Assembly (NCBI GenBank): GCA_003344405.1
Contig: NOWV01000152.1
Location: forward strand, 124,001-184,740
Reading direction: 5' to 3'
From: Trichoplax sp. H2
Lineage: Eukaryota
DNA: 60,740 nucleotides
Shown: one piece after another, positions 29,956 through 44,200 of the stretch
Layout of the letters: every line of letters begins with the position of its first letter
How positions within the stretch are numbered: the stretch's first letter is position 1
Notes under the pieces: generated by a model
Databases searched by the model: none
What the model saw: the letters and a program-made list of their open reading frames with translations, nothing else
What the model was told of the DNA's origin: nothing
Position numbers and translations under genes: made by a program

Positions 29956-32351
29956 TCACTTTTCAGCTTCATCTTGCTTGGCGAATGCAGCAAGGCGCTC
30001 ATTTCTCTTCTCAGTGATACGATCTTCACGTCTTTGGCGAGCTGCCTTTTTCTTAGCACGACGAGCCTCGGCTTGATCCCTACAGTAGCATATTCAATTA
30101 ATAAATAGTTGTAGAATGTGGCATATATCAACTATTACAATACTTACGCAAACATCTTGGCACGAGCTTTCTCAGCTTTCTTCTTAAAGATATACTCCAT
30201 AAGTACTCGCTTATTTTTGAATACGTTACCCTTGGCTTTAGCGTAATATTCATGATACCTTCCAACAGGATAAATGAAGGCGGTTATTTTGAATCTATAC
30301 TCGATACTGTAGAGCACCGTCATGTCTAATAACGGAGGAAGCAGTAATTATGCTTATCACTCACATATGATTATCGATCTTCTTTGCTTCACGATATTTA
30401 CGCAGTAATCTTCTCAGCACACGCATCCTACGCATCCAAATAATTTTTTCTGGCATACGGGCATTTGCCGTACCTTTCCTCTTACCGTATCCTCGATGTC
30501 TACCTTTTCTGCGTGCTTCCATCGCAGTTCTTACTCTGGATCTAGAATGGATAATTTGAGGTTTTCTGATAATTAAACCATCCTTTACGAGCTTGCGGAT
30601 ATTTTGCCCTAGGAAAATGGATTATTTGGCTTCAGAATAGAAGGGGATTTATTCAAATCTACATGCAGTACTGTGTTACAAAGAATATAATATATAGAAG
30701 AATTACTTGAATTGGCATTAGAGATTTCGTTCGTTTCATTAGGATCTAACCAGATCTTTCTTTTTCCGCACTTTAGTACGCTAGCAGCTAAACGCTTCTG
30801 CAAACGTAGGGTACTGAAATAGCAAGCATTTATTCCGTTAGGATTACTGGCAGTCTGATAACGAAGTTCACTAAAAGACTAACAATGTATGACATCAAAC
30901 TGTCGATTACTCGCCTTGCAAGGCAGAGTTTTAATTTTAAAGTACTATGGACGTCCTGAAGATACCGGTAACCCAATATTACTACTGCGATGCTAAATAT
31001 TGCCTGCCGTACTGAGTGTATCGATAGTAGTAGATGTCAGAAAGTCAGCTCCATGACGTACTGTATACTTACTGTACATTTGTTAAAGCCAAAATTGCGG
31101 AGCAACTAACACAACGATAGTTGTGAAATTTTACAAATACTAAACAGGGCCGAAATACTTGAACTTTTTGAAATATGATCAGCTATAATTTACGATTCGC
31201 AGACGCAATCTGTGCTACGCGCATAACAATTTCCATCCACTACATCATCCTGTAGGTGTGATTGTAAATCATAGCAAGAGTTTTATAATCTGCCTCTGTG
31301 TAGACTAGGCGTATTATATTTATTAACTTACTAACGCAAATACGTATGATGTTGCTACAATCACTCTATACTTCGCTATTAAATTTGTTACATCATGGAT
31401 AGCAGTTGCTACGGTGAAAGAATATATCCAAAACTGTACTCTAAAACATGAAATAGGGTATTCTCCGAATAGACGGTTTTAGTTACTGTACTGTATGGAT
31501 GGAATATACTCTTAAGTCCTAACCATGACATCGCACTATGAGATGACTGTAGACTAGAAATGCCGGTTGACTCCATCAAATATACGCTGAAGGAAAAATT
31601 ATGTTCTTAAAGTAAGAGAAGTACGCTACAGCAATATCCGACATCACACTAAAGCGCTACCAAACATCAGAGTCAACTACATCGATTCCTTTAACCTTGT
31701 ATAAGTGCTCCATAAGACGAATCTGCCATTGTGCAGTATAAACTAAACTGAGTTGAGCACATCTATCGTCTTCTAATTAGCACTCGCCTTAGTAGTCGTT
31801 TTCAACTAAGTTCAGTCTACACTACTTTCCACTAGGAATTTAGGCCTTCCAATGAACGAGGCAAAGTACAACTGACAGATGACAGAGAGCTCAGTAAAGT
31901 AACCGATAAACTAATGAAATTAACTATCGGAGATAGCGTTCCAATTTCAGGAAAATGATTGTAACAAGCAACAATTCTATTAGGATCGAAAGATTGATGC
32001 AGCTAATTTACGCACATGTAAAATATAATCCAGTTTCTATAAAATATAATTCTGTACTACGATAAGCGTCGAGGATAGGACACGAGTTGTCATTATGCTT
32101 AATCAGCGAAAAATCGGTATCACGTCTACTACTGCCTACAGTAAATCGCAATATACAGTGATGCGTTTCGGTAGTCGATTTCAGAGTTAAAATGGTTGAT
32201 CAATCGGTAAAATAAGTAATAAAACTAACAAATTTCGTTATAATCATTGATAACGCATCATTTCTTACAATTCTATGTAAGTCAATGTCAGCTATATCAA
32301 CGATTTGTAGTCGTTTACGATTAAGAAAAGATTGCCATTTTCTTACCTCAT
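29956..32351 (-). CDS. RPL19: 60S ribosomal protein L19 (eL19); 5 exons
   Basis: Exons 32347-32351 (ATG AG|gtaaga), 30707-30813, 30365-30608, 30148-30258 and 29956-30079. Protein: [54 protein letters not shown]...[14 protein letters not shown]...[19 protein letters not shown]. Confidence 0.96.
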
Positions 32352-32375
32352 GGCGGTGCTTGATTTTAGTATGAT

Positions 32376-32386
32376 GGAAAGAAAGA
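32376..32386 (-). promoter_or_regulatory. TCT/5'TOP pyrimidine tract of RPL19
   Basis: Minus strand TCTTTCTTTCC about 25 nt upstream of the ATG. Confidence 0.6.
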
Positions 32387-32522
32387 CAGTAATCACATGG
32401 ATCGATTTTTATGTGCGCTGGCCCTATAGGGGGGTGATTGCAATTCGCCATCGAATTATCACATCTTCGACATAGTGAATGATACACAGGATTTGATGAA
32501 TCATACTGTCGTATTTCATTGC

Positions 32523-32752
32523 CAGTACTGGACTGTACACTATATAGTCCATTTTTTTTACCTCTACAGTACCGTATTGTACAGTACAGTACTGTATGGT
32601 ACAGTCTACAGTACAGTATACAGTACTGTACTGTAGTACTGTACTGTAGAGGTAAAAGTCTTACTGTGCAGTACAGTACAGTACTGTAATGTACTGTACT
32701 GTATACTGTACTGTACTGTACAGTGAGTGCACACTGTACTGTACATTGTACA
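32523..32752. repeat. (CAGTA)n/(TACTG)n array upstream of RPL19
   Basis: Dense pentamer runs in both orientations. Confidence 0.85.
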
Positions 32753-33046
32753 ATTCCGTTGGAGATTTTCTGGACCATGAGGTTGCTGCTACCGCCAGTG
32801 CTCGAGTAAAAGCAAACAATCGATGCACAATTGCGCATGACTTTTCTAAACGGTGAGTCGACTCAGTATGTCTGCTGTGTTGGAGAGAGAGAGAAGGACG
32901 CGGAATGGCACTGCGTAGGTGTAGCAAAACCAATGTGCCAGCTCATTGGTTACTACATTCAACCCAGTATAGTGCACACTAGAGACCCTCTATCAAACTA
33001 TCCGCTATCAGGTCTTTCATGAGCTAGCCACAGCCAGGTGGGGAAG

Positions 33047-33667
33047 TGTGACAGTGTTATATACTGTATTAGCGTAGAAATATCTACGTTAGGATAATTT
33101 TGTTAGCCTATCCTTATTTAGTTAACTTCTAATTTGGATATAATGTGTTTTAATATAGCACTGGCTTTTTATGACAGTGACACATGTAGACATACTGAAA
33201 TCAATAGTTATATTGGGGAATGCGAATGATCTACTTACAGTTCGAATCATTGTGATTGCTTACTTATGGTAGATTTTAAATTATCGTGGAAATGTCTCGT
33301 GATAGGACATATCGCAAGCTGACTATTCTGTATTAGTCATCAGATGTCCATGTTCGTAAATACAGTTATCTTAATTAGGGAGCAATAGCTAAAATTAATG
33401 TCTAATTCAGTGAATGATTCCAAAGTTAATCGTACTAACTATGACTCATGAACTATTGAGGAAGAGTATACAAATGCAGTATATCGTGCAATAAAGTTAA
33501 TTCTTAAACTTAGTGTTTAAGGTAAAATACGAGGCGTTTAAATCTTTGTCTAGTCTGTTAGTAGAGCAGAAGTGTTCCTGATAGTGCTGATATCGTTCCT
33601 TGATACGTGGTTCAAGCAATTGACTTCTTGATCGTACGTTATCTTGTTACAAAGCTATTTTGTGACA
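33047..33667 (+). mobile_element. LTR-like element, family A, copy 1
   Basis: Termini TGTGACA...TGTGACA, internal AATAAA, high similarity to 59358-59913 and 45249-45416. Preceded by purine-rich GTGGGGAAG (PPT-like). No TSD. Confidence 0.7.
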
Positions 33668-34129
33668 CCGACATAAACTGACATTGTCACATCCATTTCT
33701 ACATATCAGAGAAACAATGAAATAGAGAATATTTATATTAAATTAACCTATTTATTCTCTTCGATACGAACACAGAGTGGATGCGTTTTAAATCTAGGCA
33801 ACCTGCATATCTTGCTCGTTAATAATATGCATAAGCTTTTCCAAGATCATTTATAATGCCAGGATATAATTAACAATAATAATATACTCGTACATTGTGC
33901 ATATGCTATTCGAATGTTGTGATTTGTGAATATGTTTCGTTGCATATTATACATAAATAATACATCATTATTGAATATTTATTTATAATTTAACGAGCTG
34001 TACCATAATTGTCATGAACTTGTCAACATACGAATAAATGACATATAGTTGTTAACACAGTATAAGTCATGCATCAATAACGTAAAATGGATAACCATGC
34101 AACGTAATTGTTAAATAGAGAATTACGAT

Positions 34130-34320
34130 TTAGTTAATGATAACATACAGTAATCGTTTCAAAGTTGTCAATATAGTGAATCATCCAGCAATAGTTATAA
34201 ATACAGCATACGCTATGCTTAATGCATCAATAACCTTGGGATAAAATTTTAGTTAACTTTATTGATTGGGCTTATCATCTACCGAGGCGGAAATGACATT
34301 AGCCTGACGCATTCTGCTAT
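34130..34320 (-). pseudogene. Diverged duplicate of the LRR-GPCR C-terminus and proximal 3'UTR
   Basis: Aligns to ~35125-35310. Encodes SRMRQANVISASVDDKPNQ* versus the gene's AKLRKTNVLSVTVDEKISNIND*. Confidence 0.6.
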
Positions 34321-35245
34321 TCTACGTTATAATGCTGCTTTATGTAACAATTATACTTTCAAAACACACCACTGCTATTGACTGAAATCTCTGCAGATCC
34401 TTTGTCGCACACCAACTCTGCGACAAGGGAACATAAAGTAAAAGTCTATTAGCAATTTTCTGACTTAAACGCTCTTTTACTAAACGTAAAACATATAGTA
34501 AAGTTCTGTAAAATTGAAGAATTTTATTAGCCTAGCCACATTCATTACACAATTATATTTGAATTGTTCCCGTTTATATAGGAACCATCTAACTTGTGAA
34601 CTGTAATCTAATCATTTTACCTTACTAGAAAAGGCGTACCAAACTGAAATATTCGTAACATAGCTTTTTATCAATATACAATTTTTTTGTTTACTACCAA
34701 ATTTAATGATCTATTTAATATATATGTGTTCATTTATTACTTTAAATATATTCCAGTACATACAACACGATTTACTGTATACAGTGTAAAGTCTAGATAT
34801 AAGTATTATATTTGCATACAATCTCGTTTGTTAAACATACATGTGTAAATACACTTAATTAAGAATTAGAGGAGTTATTAATGCCAGCATATATTCTGTA
34901 GATAGCATTTAGATTATTATTGTACTTTATATGGTGTAAGCCATGGAGATGGTCTTGATATTATGCATCATGTACAGTACCTATCAGCGAGCATCACTCT
35001 TAATTAATAGAACTAGAATAAAGCAAAGCGTTGATAATAGATATATTAGAATTCTCAACTCTGTAACAGTTGCTTGTTGATAATAAAGTAAACTTTTCGA
35101 AGACCATCTATTAAATGACGGGGCTATGATTTAGTGAATTATAATGCCATTATCTCAAATTTATCAACACATCGAAAAATCGAGTAATAATTGTAAAGAT
35201 AGTATACGCTACGCATAATGCGTCAATAACCTTAAGATATAATTT

Positions 35246-38200
35246 TTAGTCATTAATATTACTGATCTTTTCATCTACAGTAACTGAAAGTACATTAGTT
35301 TTCCGTAACTTAGCGGTAAATGCACTAGGCACAGTTCCAGTGATATTAGCGTTGATACGAGCTGATCGTATTTTTCTTAAAAAGGTTGGACTAGTTAGTG
35401 TATAGAGACAAGGGTTCACGGCTGAATTGATAGGCAACGCGAATATAATGATAAATTGCAGTGTAATTATATTTACATCTTCCGAATATGTTAATTGTAA
35501 TAAAGTCATTATATAAAATGGTAACCAACTGATTAAATCTGTCACCAAGATTAAAAGTAGTCGAATTGCCATAGCTTTATCATTAGCAGTATTTGATTTG
35601 GCAACATTTTTATGACTCTGTTGTACTGTCAAAAATATTTGTATATATAATAGTGCTGTAATAATCCAGCAACATATGGTTACAGCAATAAAGGCTACAA
35701 GCCAGTTGGCAAACGTGGAATTTGTAAGATTACTCGCCATACAGATACTACTGTATCCATATAATCGGTTCTCTGCCGAAGCGTTGATACTGCTCATAGC
35801 TGGTACACCAACGAAGATAGAACAGAATATCCACAATGTGCACACAGTTGCTATTGCAGCTTTGGCATTAAACCTATGTCTTGAAAATGGATGGACAATA
35901 CAAAACCATCTATCGAGACTGATTAATAGCATCATAAAGACAGACATTAGGCTAGATACACAACACAGAAAGCATGCAAATGCGCAATAACCACTTGAAA
36001 GCCATGACTCCGACAATTGTGCAAATCTTCCTGTGTAGTATCCATCGGCAATAGCAATAATAAGTAAATAAATAGACATAACGAAGTCTGCTATTGCTAG
36101 ATTAGATATTAAAATGCGAGGGACATTATTGCCGTGACTTTTACTTTCAAACTTATGTAAAGCAAGAACTAGGATATTGCCGATGAAAGCGAAACAGCCC
36201 ACAATCCATATGAATAGCTGTAGAGATACGTGTGATAAAAGGTTATGGCACGTGGAGAAAGATCCTTTCTGTTCATACGGTTGACAGGTAGTAACTTTAG
36301 CAGGCACCATGCAGCATAAATAACTTCGAGTAGATAATCTAGAAAATAATAAATATGCAATGCATTCTTTAGATAAAAGTGTAAGGATCAGATGTTAGAA
36401 TTATAATCATGGGAAGATAACGTATTGAACCCGGCACTGAATGATTTCTCATAGTATCTAGATTTCGCCAGGTAGCATAAGATAGACTGTACACTAGTTG
36501 TTTTGCTACTTGATTTATACACGTTAGTTAAAGGTAAGGTCGGTCCTAAAGGACCATATTATCTAAATAGTGATAAAAATTGATATTCAGGTAATGGAAC
36601 AACAGATTAATTTATAATGCAATTGGGTTGCATAATTTAATTTTAGTGAAGATGCTAATTAACTTTGGCTTCCTACGCTCATCAGTAGTTCGAGTCGTAC
36701 ATTAGATAAGTTACAGGAAGAGTGTGGGCGGCTGTTGACTAGATATTTGTTTATTATCAAAATAATGTCGCAACCCTCTGGTAGCAAAAATACTGCGCAT
36801 CATTGTGGGTAAACTAGTCACTTAATTTATATCTGTACTTACACTGTTTGTAATGCAATAGCACCTGCAAATGAATCAGAAGTTATGAAGGTCAAGGAAT
36901 TGTCTTTCAACGACCTGAAATAATATATTACAATTAGTGTTAGCACATGATTAATATTACGACATTATTTCGTATTTCAATATTTTACAGTTTTAAAGAA
37001 TTATACAATCGTCTATAGTCAATGAATTGATAAGTTAACAAAGAGAATTAAAAAAATTACTTATACTATGCAGGTTTGTGTAAATGAGCATCTTTGATAG
37101 ATAAAAGCAATAAACTTACAGTACTGCTAAAGTTCGCAGATTTGAAAAGCAATCTGTTATTAGATTCCTAATGCCATTGCGATCTAGATATCTGATTATT
37201 TTTTATGAATGTTTTATAGAAAAACATAAGATGAATTTTCTTTAAATCAATTAAGAATGGTTTAAATATAAAAATAAGTAATAGCTGATCTGCTATCATT
37301 AACTTACAGGTTAGTTACACCAGGAAAAAGATACTGGAATTCGGTTTTGCAAATATCAACTAATGAATTGTTCGACATATTGCTATAAAATTAAAAAATA
37401 AAAAGTATCTTTTATATGTAGATTAATAGATTGCATTACAGATTTTTCAACATACAGTATACATGACATATCAAGATAATAAAATTAAATTAAAGGATAT
37501 ATTGGTCATTTTCATACACTGTTTTAAGGCCGCTGAAGGCCAGAGTGTATTTGTTGCTAAATGTCTTTAATCCATTATTGGCCATGTTTCTAACAAATTT
37601 ATATAAGTTATTACGATAAGTATTTGAGCGCAGTAAAATTATACGATTTAGTATGGATATCTGATGTGATATCTAGAAGTTCGTGATTATTGCAACCTTA
37701 GTTTTGGTTAAATGATTTTTACTTAAATAAGTTAATAACTATTTTATCGATAAAAAAGATACGATAGTAATTGCTAGTGTGAATTTATATCAGGCGTTCC
37801 GACTGATAGATAGTATGCCAGACAGTTTCTTAACTTACAAATTATTCAGTCTATAGTCATGGCTACGAAATATATCCGATGAATCCATCGTTGTAATATT
37901 ATTGTTGTTAAAGGTCCTAAAAAAATTTAGTGATATTTTCACAAAGTTTACCTGCGTGGTTGTTACCGATCCTATAATTAATAACGTTTGCTTTACTTTA
38001 TCTTTATTAATTAAGAGTACTACTCGCCTTGTAACATTATGAGTAAGCAACATTTGATAAACAAGGCCGGGCTAAGATATACAAAGCCCGGCGTACTAAT
38101 TATGATTTCAGTAGTCCGCTATTTAGTCTTCTGATCTTAGAGTTGCAATATATTGTGTTGCAATATACTGTTCGCGTATATTGTGCAGTCAGTCTAGAAT

Positions 38201-41200
38201 ATAAGATCATTTTTTGCTATATAAAGTAATGTAATCTACGCCTGCTATGGGTAGCTTTGTCTGCTTAATGCTGAAGACTAGTATCTACGGTACAATTGTA
38301 AACTAGTATGTTTAATCTAGATCTTTAGGCTGATAGCTTAATATAAGTAATTTTTGACGATATTATATTGCTGTAAAGCACTTACAATGATTGGATGGTA
38401 TTTCGTAAATTTCTGAAGGCCTCTGGAAATTCTTGAAGGTTATTACCAGCGAAGTTACTGTGTAATTGTCGAATAGGATTTAAGTTATTTCCATTTATTT
38501 GCATTATAACGTCAGCACTATAATCTTAGACTAATATAAATATCGCATTACACCCTTTCATTATTTACAATTTATAATAGTTGAAGACACACACGGATTC
38601 TTGGTGTATCTGTTCATTTGAAACTCCATCAAGTAGGCAATTAAACAGATTTCTAGAACGTAACGATTGTATTTTTTGACGGATCACCATTTTAGTCAGG
38701 TTATTATAACTAAAATCACTGAAAAAGCAATAAAAAAGATCCATTATGCTAAAGGATTTTTAATATTCATGTTAGAATGAATCCTATCTGAAAGAGATGT
38801 TGACATATCTAAGGTAGGAATGAATTTGTATTAGAGCCATTACAACTTGTGACTTCAATTTTTAGAGAACAAACTGGCATGTCTACTGAATGAAGAAATT
38901 CTCTTTCCGATTTCAAAGAAAAATTGAAGCAGTACTCCATATTAATAGTATAGAATTCGGAGATTGATCCTGTTGCTCTGTGTTACACTACAGTATTTTC
39001 TATGTCGAATTACTAAGGTAATGAAATAATTGTTCTAAACGTGTCGTGTTTGGAGTAGCTATATTAAAAATGGTTAGTTCTTATTGACAGTGAATATGCA
39101 TGTAAATCTAAACTGAAAAATAATAATAATATGTCTCTCATGATCTAACTACATACTACATGTATTCATTCTTCGATAAAACCAAATATTGATAATCTAG
39201 TCAACAGACTAACGGAGGTGTAAGGTGATATTGTAAGCGCTGAAGTATGGGTTTCTACTTAGATAATCCACAAATTAGCTAGTGTAATAACAGATAAGAA
39301 TTAAAGCATGGAATACGATATCATCAAAGTATTAACAATCCCAATACTAGTAGAAATTAATAATTGTAACGCACATAATACAAAAATATCTATCGATCTT
39401 GAAGAGTTATGGACTTACATTGATCTTAGTCTAAAACGTAGTAAATTTACTACTAGTTGAGAAATATCTTCTATGCCGTTGCCAGCTAAGTACCTAGAAT
39501 AATCAGAATATCAATAAAATCTTGCCAAATTCAATATTTGAGCCTCCTATTTAAATGGTGTTCATATTATTAAGAGAATAGTTTTGCTAGAGTAAAATTT
39601 CCTTAATTTTTTGGGCTGCTTACACTTCCTCAACTTTCATTGTATTGGTTAAAATATCTTCTGCAATAACACTTTGGTAATGAGATAGTCCATTATAGCT
39701 AAAGTCACTATAAGTATGAAAAATTGTAAAGACACCATTAATGGACTGCTTTATAAGATTAAACATTTAAAATTTGTATGATTGATAAACGGATGCAAAC
39801 TAGGTGCATTACAAAGATTTTAGTCTTCCAAAAGTTGGCCAGCAGTTAGACATGATTTTTGAAAAATTGTTTCGAGCTACATGCCTAGATAATAAATATA
39901 AGCCATTGTACAAATTAGGCATTAAACAGGGCATACCATAATACCATTCGTTGATATCTGGCTATAATGTATGAGTTGTAGCATGAATATATAGCTACTG
40001 TTCTTAACTGAAATCATTACACTGGCACAAAGTCTAGTAAGTTGCATTACGCTGGTACGATATATAAATACGGAAATTAAACAATTCTTGAGCAGCCAGT
40101 CTCAAAATTTACCAAGTTGTAAGAAAAATATTAGATTTTAAGGGCAGACAGTCAAGTTTCTGAAGCCGGTTAGAATTCAATGAACTGCAATAAATGATTA
40201 ATACTGAGCATGCAGCATCGGTAATCAACTTATTTTGACATAAGTATGGGTAAGAATCATTGAATACTTACAGCTTCGTCAAATATCGGAGGGATCTAAA
40301 GCCATCATTACTTATAGAGGCTATTGAATTTCGTTCTAAATATCTATGAATCATAATAAAATTGTAGCATTACATGTCTAAACCATTAGTACTTAAGCTA
40401 GATATATTAAATGAATATTATTAATATCTTTGTAAGAAGCACTATTTTTATCCCTACTATAGAACGATAACTTAGTAAATGGTTCCCAATATTAGCAGAT
40501 AAAATAGTTTATTATTTGAAACTATTTTTGGACATTGCAGTTATAAAATTAGACACATAAGCTGCCCAGCTGTCGACTGTAAAAATTATTCACTAACAGC
40601 TGTCCTATTGCTTAATTATAATTTCTGACATCACTAGTCGTCTCTGGTCTAGCGCCGCCATCCTACTTATGATTATCGGGAATTCACTATAGAACCTATT
40701 TTCCGATAATCTTTTAATGCAAGTTCAAAACAAATCTATCTAGGCTAGTTATAAGCTAAGAAGCAATCACGCTATGCAGCAGCAAGTGATCTAATTCATA
40801 ATATATAACATTATTAGTGAATAGAAATATTTTATACGGCTTCAATCTCATGATAGCATAAAACGACTGAGTCCTCTATAATGAAATTATGAAAACTGAC
40901 CAATTACTATCAATTTTATGTGCGTTTGAAAGCTAGTTACAACTTCAAACGTTACTTACAGTTCCTTAAGTTGTTTTAAGGTTGCAAAGATACTGTCAAT
41001 ATAAGAAAGCTTATTTCCGTTAAGATTCCTATATTACAAGAACAATAAAAGTTTAGTAATGAATGAAGGTAGCTAATAGGCTTTCGAATATTAAAATGGA
41101 AATAGAAAAACATCGTTGTAGCTTGCCACGATACGATCTATGCATATTTTAATCCTACAGTTTACAATCATTTATATTTTTAGAAACAAGTAGCATCTAT

Positions 41201-44200
41201 TTACATCTGCGTAGTCTCTTGATACAGATTAGATTTAAGGCTATTATTTTGATCTGTTCAGAAGTACATATGCTTAGTGCCAGAAAACACTTACAGGACA
41301 GCTAGTTTAGACAAGTGATTTTGAAAAATATCCTTGGTAATTATTATTTCACAATCTTCTAAAATTCTTTTAGAAAATAAATAATGGGATTAATTAAATA
41401 CTAATAGTGAAAAATTCCCGTATAGTTACAAATATTAATGTAATATTGAGAACTTCTTATATTCATTTGAATGAATTTGCTTTATAGGAATATGGCTTAC
41501 AATGTCGTAAGTGCACTCAGTCCTTTAAATGAATTATTATGCAAATTCAAATTTACATTTTCAGATAAGTCCCTACAAATTCGTAATTGTCAGCATGATT
41601 AGTTACAGATACTAAGTGCAAAGGCATACATAGAGCATTATTAAGCGATGAAAAAGTGCCATAAAGTAAATAATGATAAAAATTTACGAATAAATTAGAT
41701 CGACATAGGTATAGTATACGTACAAGGTCAACAGCCTAGTAGCGTTCAGAAATACATTATTCGATATCGATTTAATACGGTTTTGTCCGAGATCACTATA
41801 TTGGTATTAATTGTTAGCGATTGAATTGCAATACATTAACAGAAATTTTATACTAAATTTAAAATAAGAATCGGCTGTGAAGATTACAGATTTTCAATGG
41901 CAGACATAGCCTGAAATTCTGCAACAGGAATCACTTTGATGTTGTTTTTCCGTAAATTTCTACATATATGAGACATAGTTAATAAAGAACAGAAAAATCC
42001 AAATTATTATCGATTCCAACTTAATTTAATTACTACATTCTTAAGAATTAATAACTCTATAACCAATTTTTTATGGTGCGTTGATGATAAATGTACATAA
42101 AAATTTACGAAATTGTATTATTTAGCAAATCCATCAGATTACTAATCACCATGAATTTGACGATTAATTATAATGATACATTTACATAGATTTCCACTGA
42201 ATTTTGCTTTCCTTACTTTAGGAACTAAGAGCTCTTAGATCTATTAGAATCTAGGATATCTTAACTTGCTCTTAATTATCGTACTTTTTTGTAGCTACTT
42301 ACGTATGGATAATACGTTCTACTGAAATATTTAGTGTTCAAAGATTTCAATTTCATTTTAATTTTATGTATTAACGATAGTTATAAGGCTATAATATGCC
42401 AATCTTAAATGTATATTTTATATCGTAGCCGTCATATATTGATATAAATGGATTTTAAATTCAATGTTTGAAACAATAAATGATCTTACAGGGCTTTTAC
42501 GGTAGATAATCCAAGTATAAAATTTATGTTTTCTAGAGAATTTTCTTGCAATATTCTGTAAAAATGTCAAAACGAAATCATTTACAGCTGCTTTGGGTAT
42601 TTATTTTTATTAGAAATTATGTAATACGAAAGTTAGCGTAAGGAGAAAGCACGTTATTTTAAGATTCTGGAGTAATTAAATAATATAAATTATAAATTGA
42701 ATAATGCAAGATGTTACTGATTGTCATTGTAGTGTTAATATTTGATAAATAAGATGCAATAATCTACTGGTTACGTTGAAATAATGCGATTAAATGCTTA
42801 TGATGAACTGTCTAAAGCTTACAAGGTCGTTAACGAATAATTGGCCAAGGTGAAGACATTATCGTTAATTGATCTCATCCTATTTGATGACAAGTTTCTG
42901 TAAGGATAAATTATTGAAACTTATCATATAAGTAATCTGTAGTATTTTCCAGAATAATTTTTATTATGTAGTACTTTAATGCTGAAAGATTAACGACAGC
43001 AGTAACTTACAGCACTTTTAGATTAGGTAAAGATTGAAATTGTTTTGCAAATTGGCTTGTCATGCTATTAATTCGATTTTTGCTTAAATCTCTAAACGTA
43101 TTATGTTGAATAAAATTATATAATACAATTGGTAATTCCATATAACATCAACCTTAAAGGTAGTTGAGTTTGCCTCACTCACAGTTCACTTAACGATGTT
43201 ATATTTGCTAAAGGTATCCGGGAAAATTTGCTTATAACATTATCTGAAAGATTTCTAAAATTTTTTTCGATTATTGAAAAGCTGTAGCATTAATTACAAT
43301 CTATAACAGATTCTAAATGAATATGCATACTTACAAAGATTTTATATTTCTCACTTCAAATGAGTTAATGTTTTCAATAGAGTTGCTTGATAAATCACTA
43401 TTAAAAAAGAATTATTAAAAAAATAAGTTAAGAAGAATTATTAAGATAATTATTTTGCAGCACACAACATAAGATAATGTAAGATGATGTGATTGATTAA
43501 CTGAAGAGTACAAGCATGTGAGGTAAATAGGAACATTTTGCACTTTACATTACATTTTAGTGAAATTAGATTGTGAAATGGAAACGTTCCAGTTGACATT
43601 CACGGTACCGGTCTTAGATAAACCCCTAAATAGATGTTAAGGGAAAGATCGTCAAGGAAATGAATTACAGAATGTTGAGAACCAACATTATCGTAGATTA
43701 GGTAGAAAACTAAAGAATAGATAGTTATATTAACAAGCCGCTAATTGTTCAGTAAGAAATTTGTACGGCATATTTTATATTTAAGAGAAGTGCTATCATT
43801 TAAAAGCACTTGTTAAGGCATTTACACTATCATGTATGGTATGTTTTCATTTATTAATGCAGGTTTTATCCATATTGCAATAAATCATGCTGTGATACTT
43901 GATCAAGAAATAATGATATTGAAAATTTAGACAATTCAAATGACTAAGCTAACTAAAAAGAAGAAAGTTATTACTAGCCAGTTATCATGATATTAATAAA
44001 CGGGCCAAAGACTTTAGAAGATCAGATTATCGTCTAGTATTGAGATAGAAACAGAGATTTACTTATTTTATATTAATTGTAAACCGCACTGTCACGGTAC
44101 GCCGTTACTAATTAAGTAACTGTAAATTAATGAATGCTTATGAATAGATAAGATAAGGTTATGTGCTATGTTTTAATGCGCTTGTAGCTGATAATAGGAT

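Noticed and set aside
35676-35990. 104-aa plus-strand ORF
   Set aside because: Antisense shadow of the 7TM exon.
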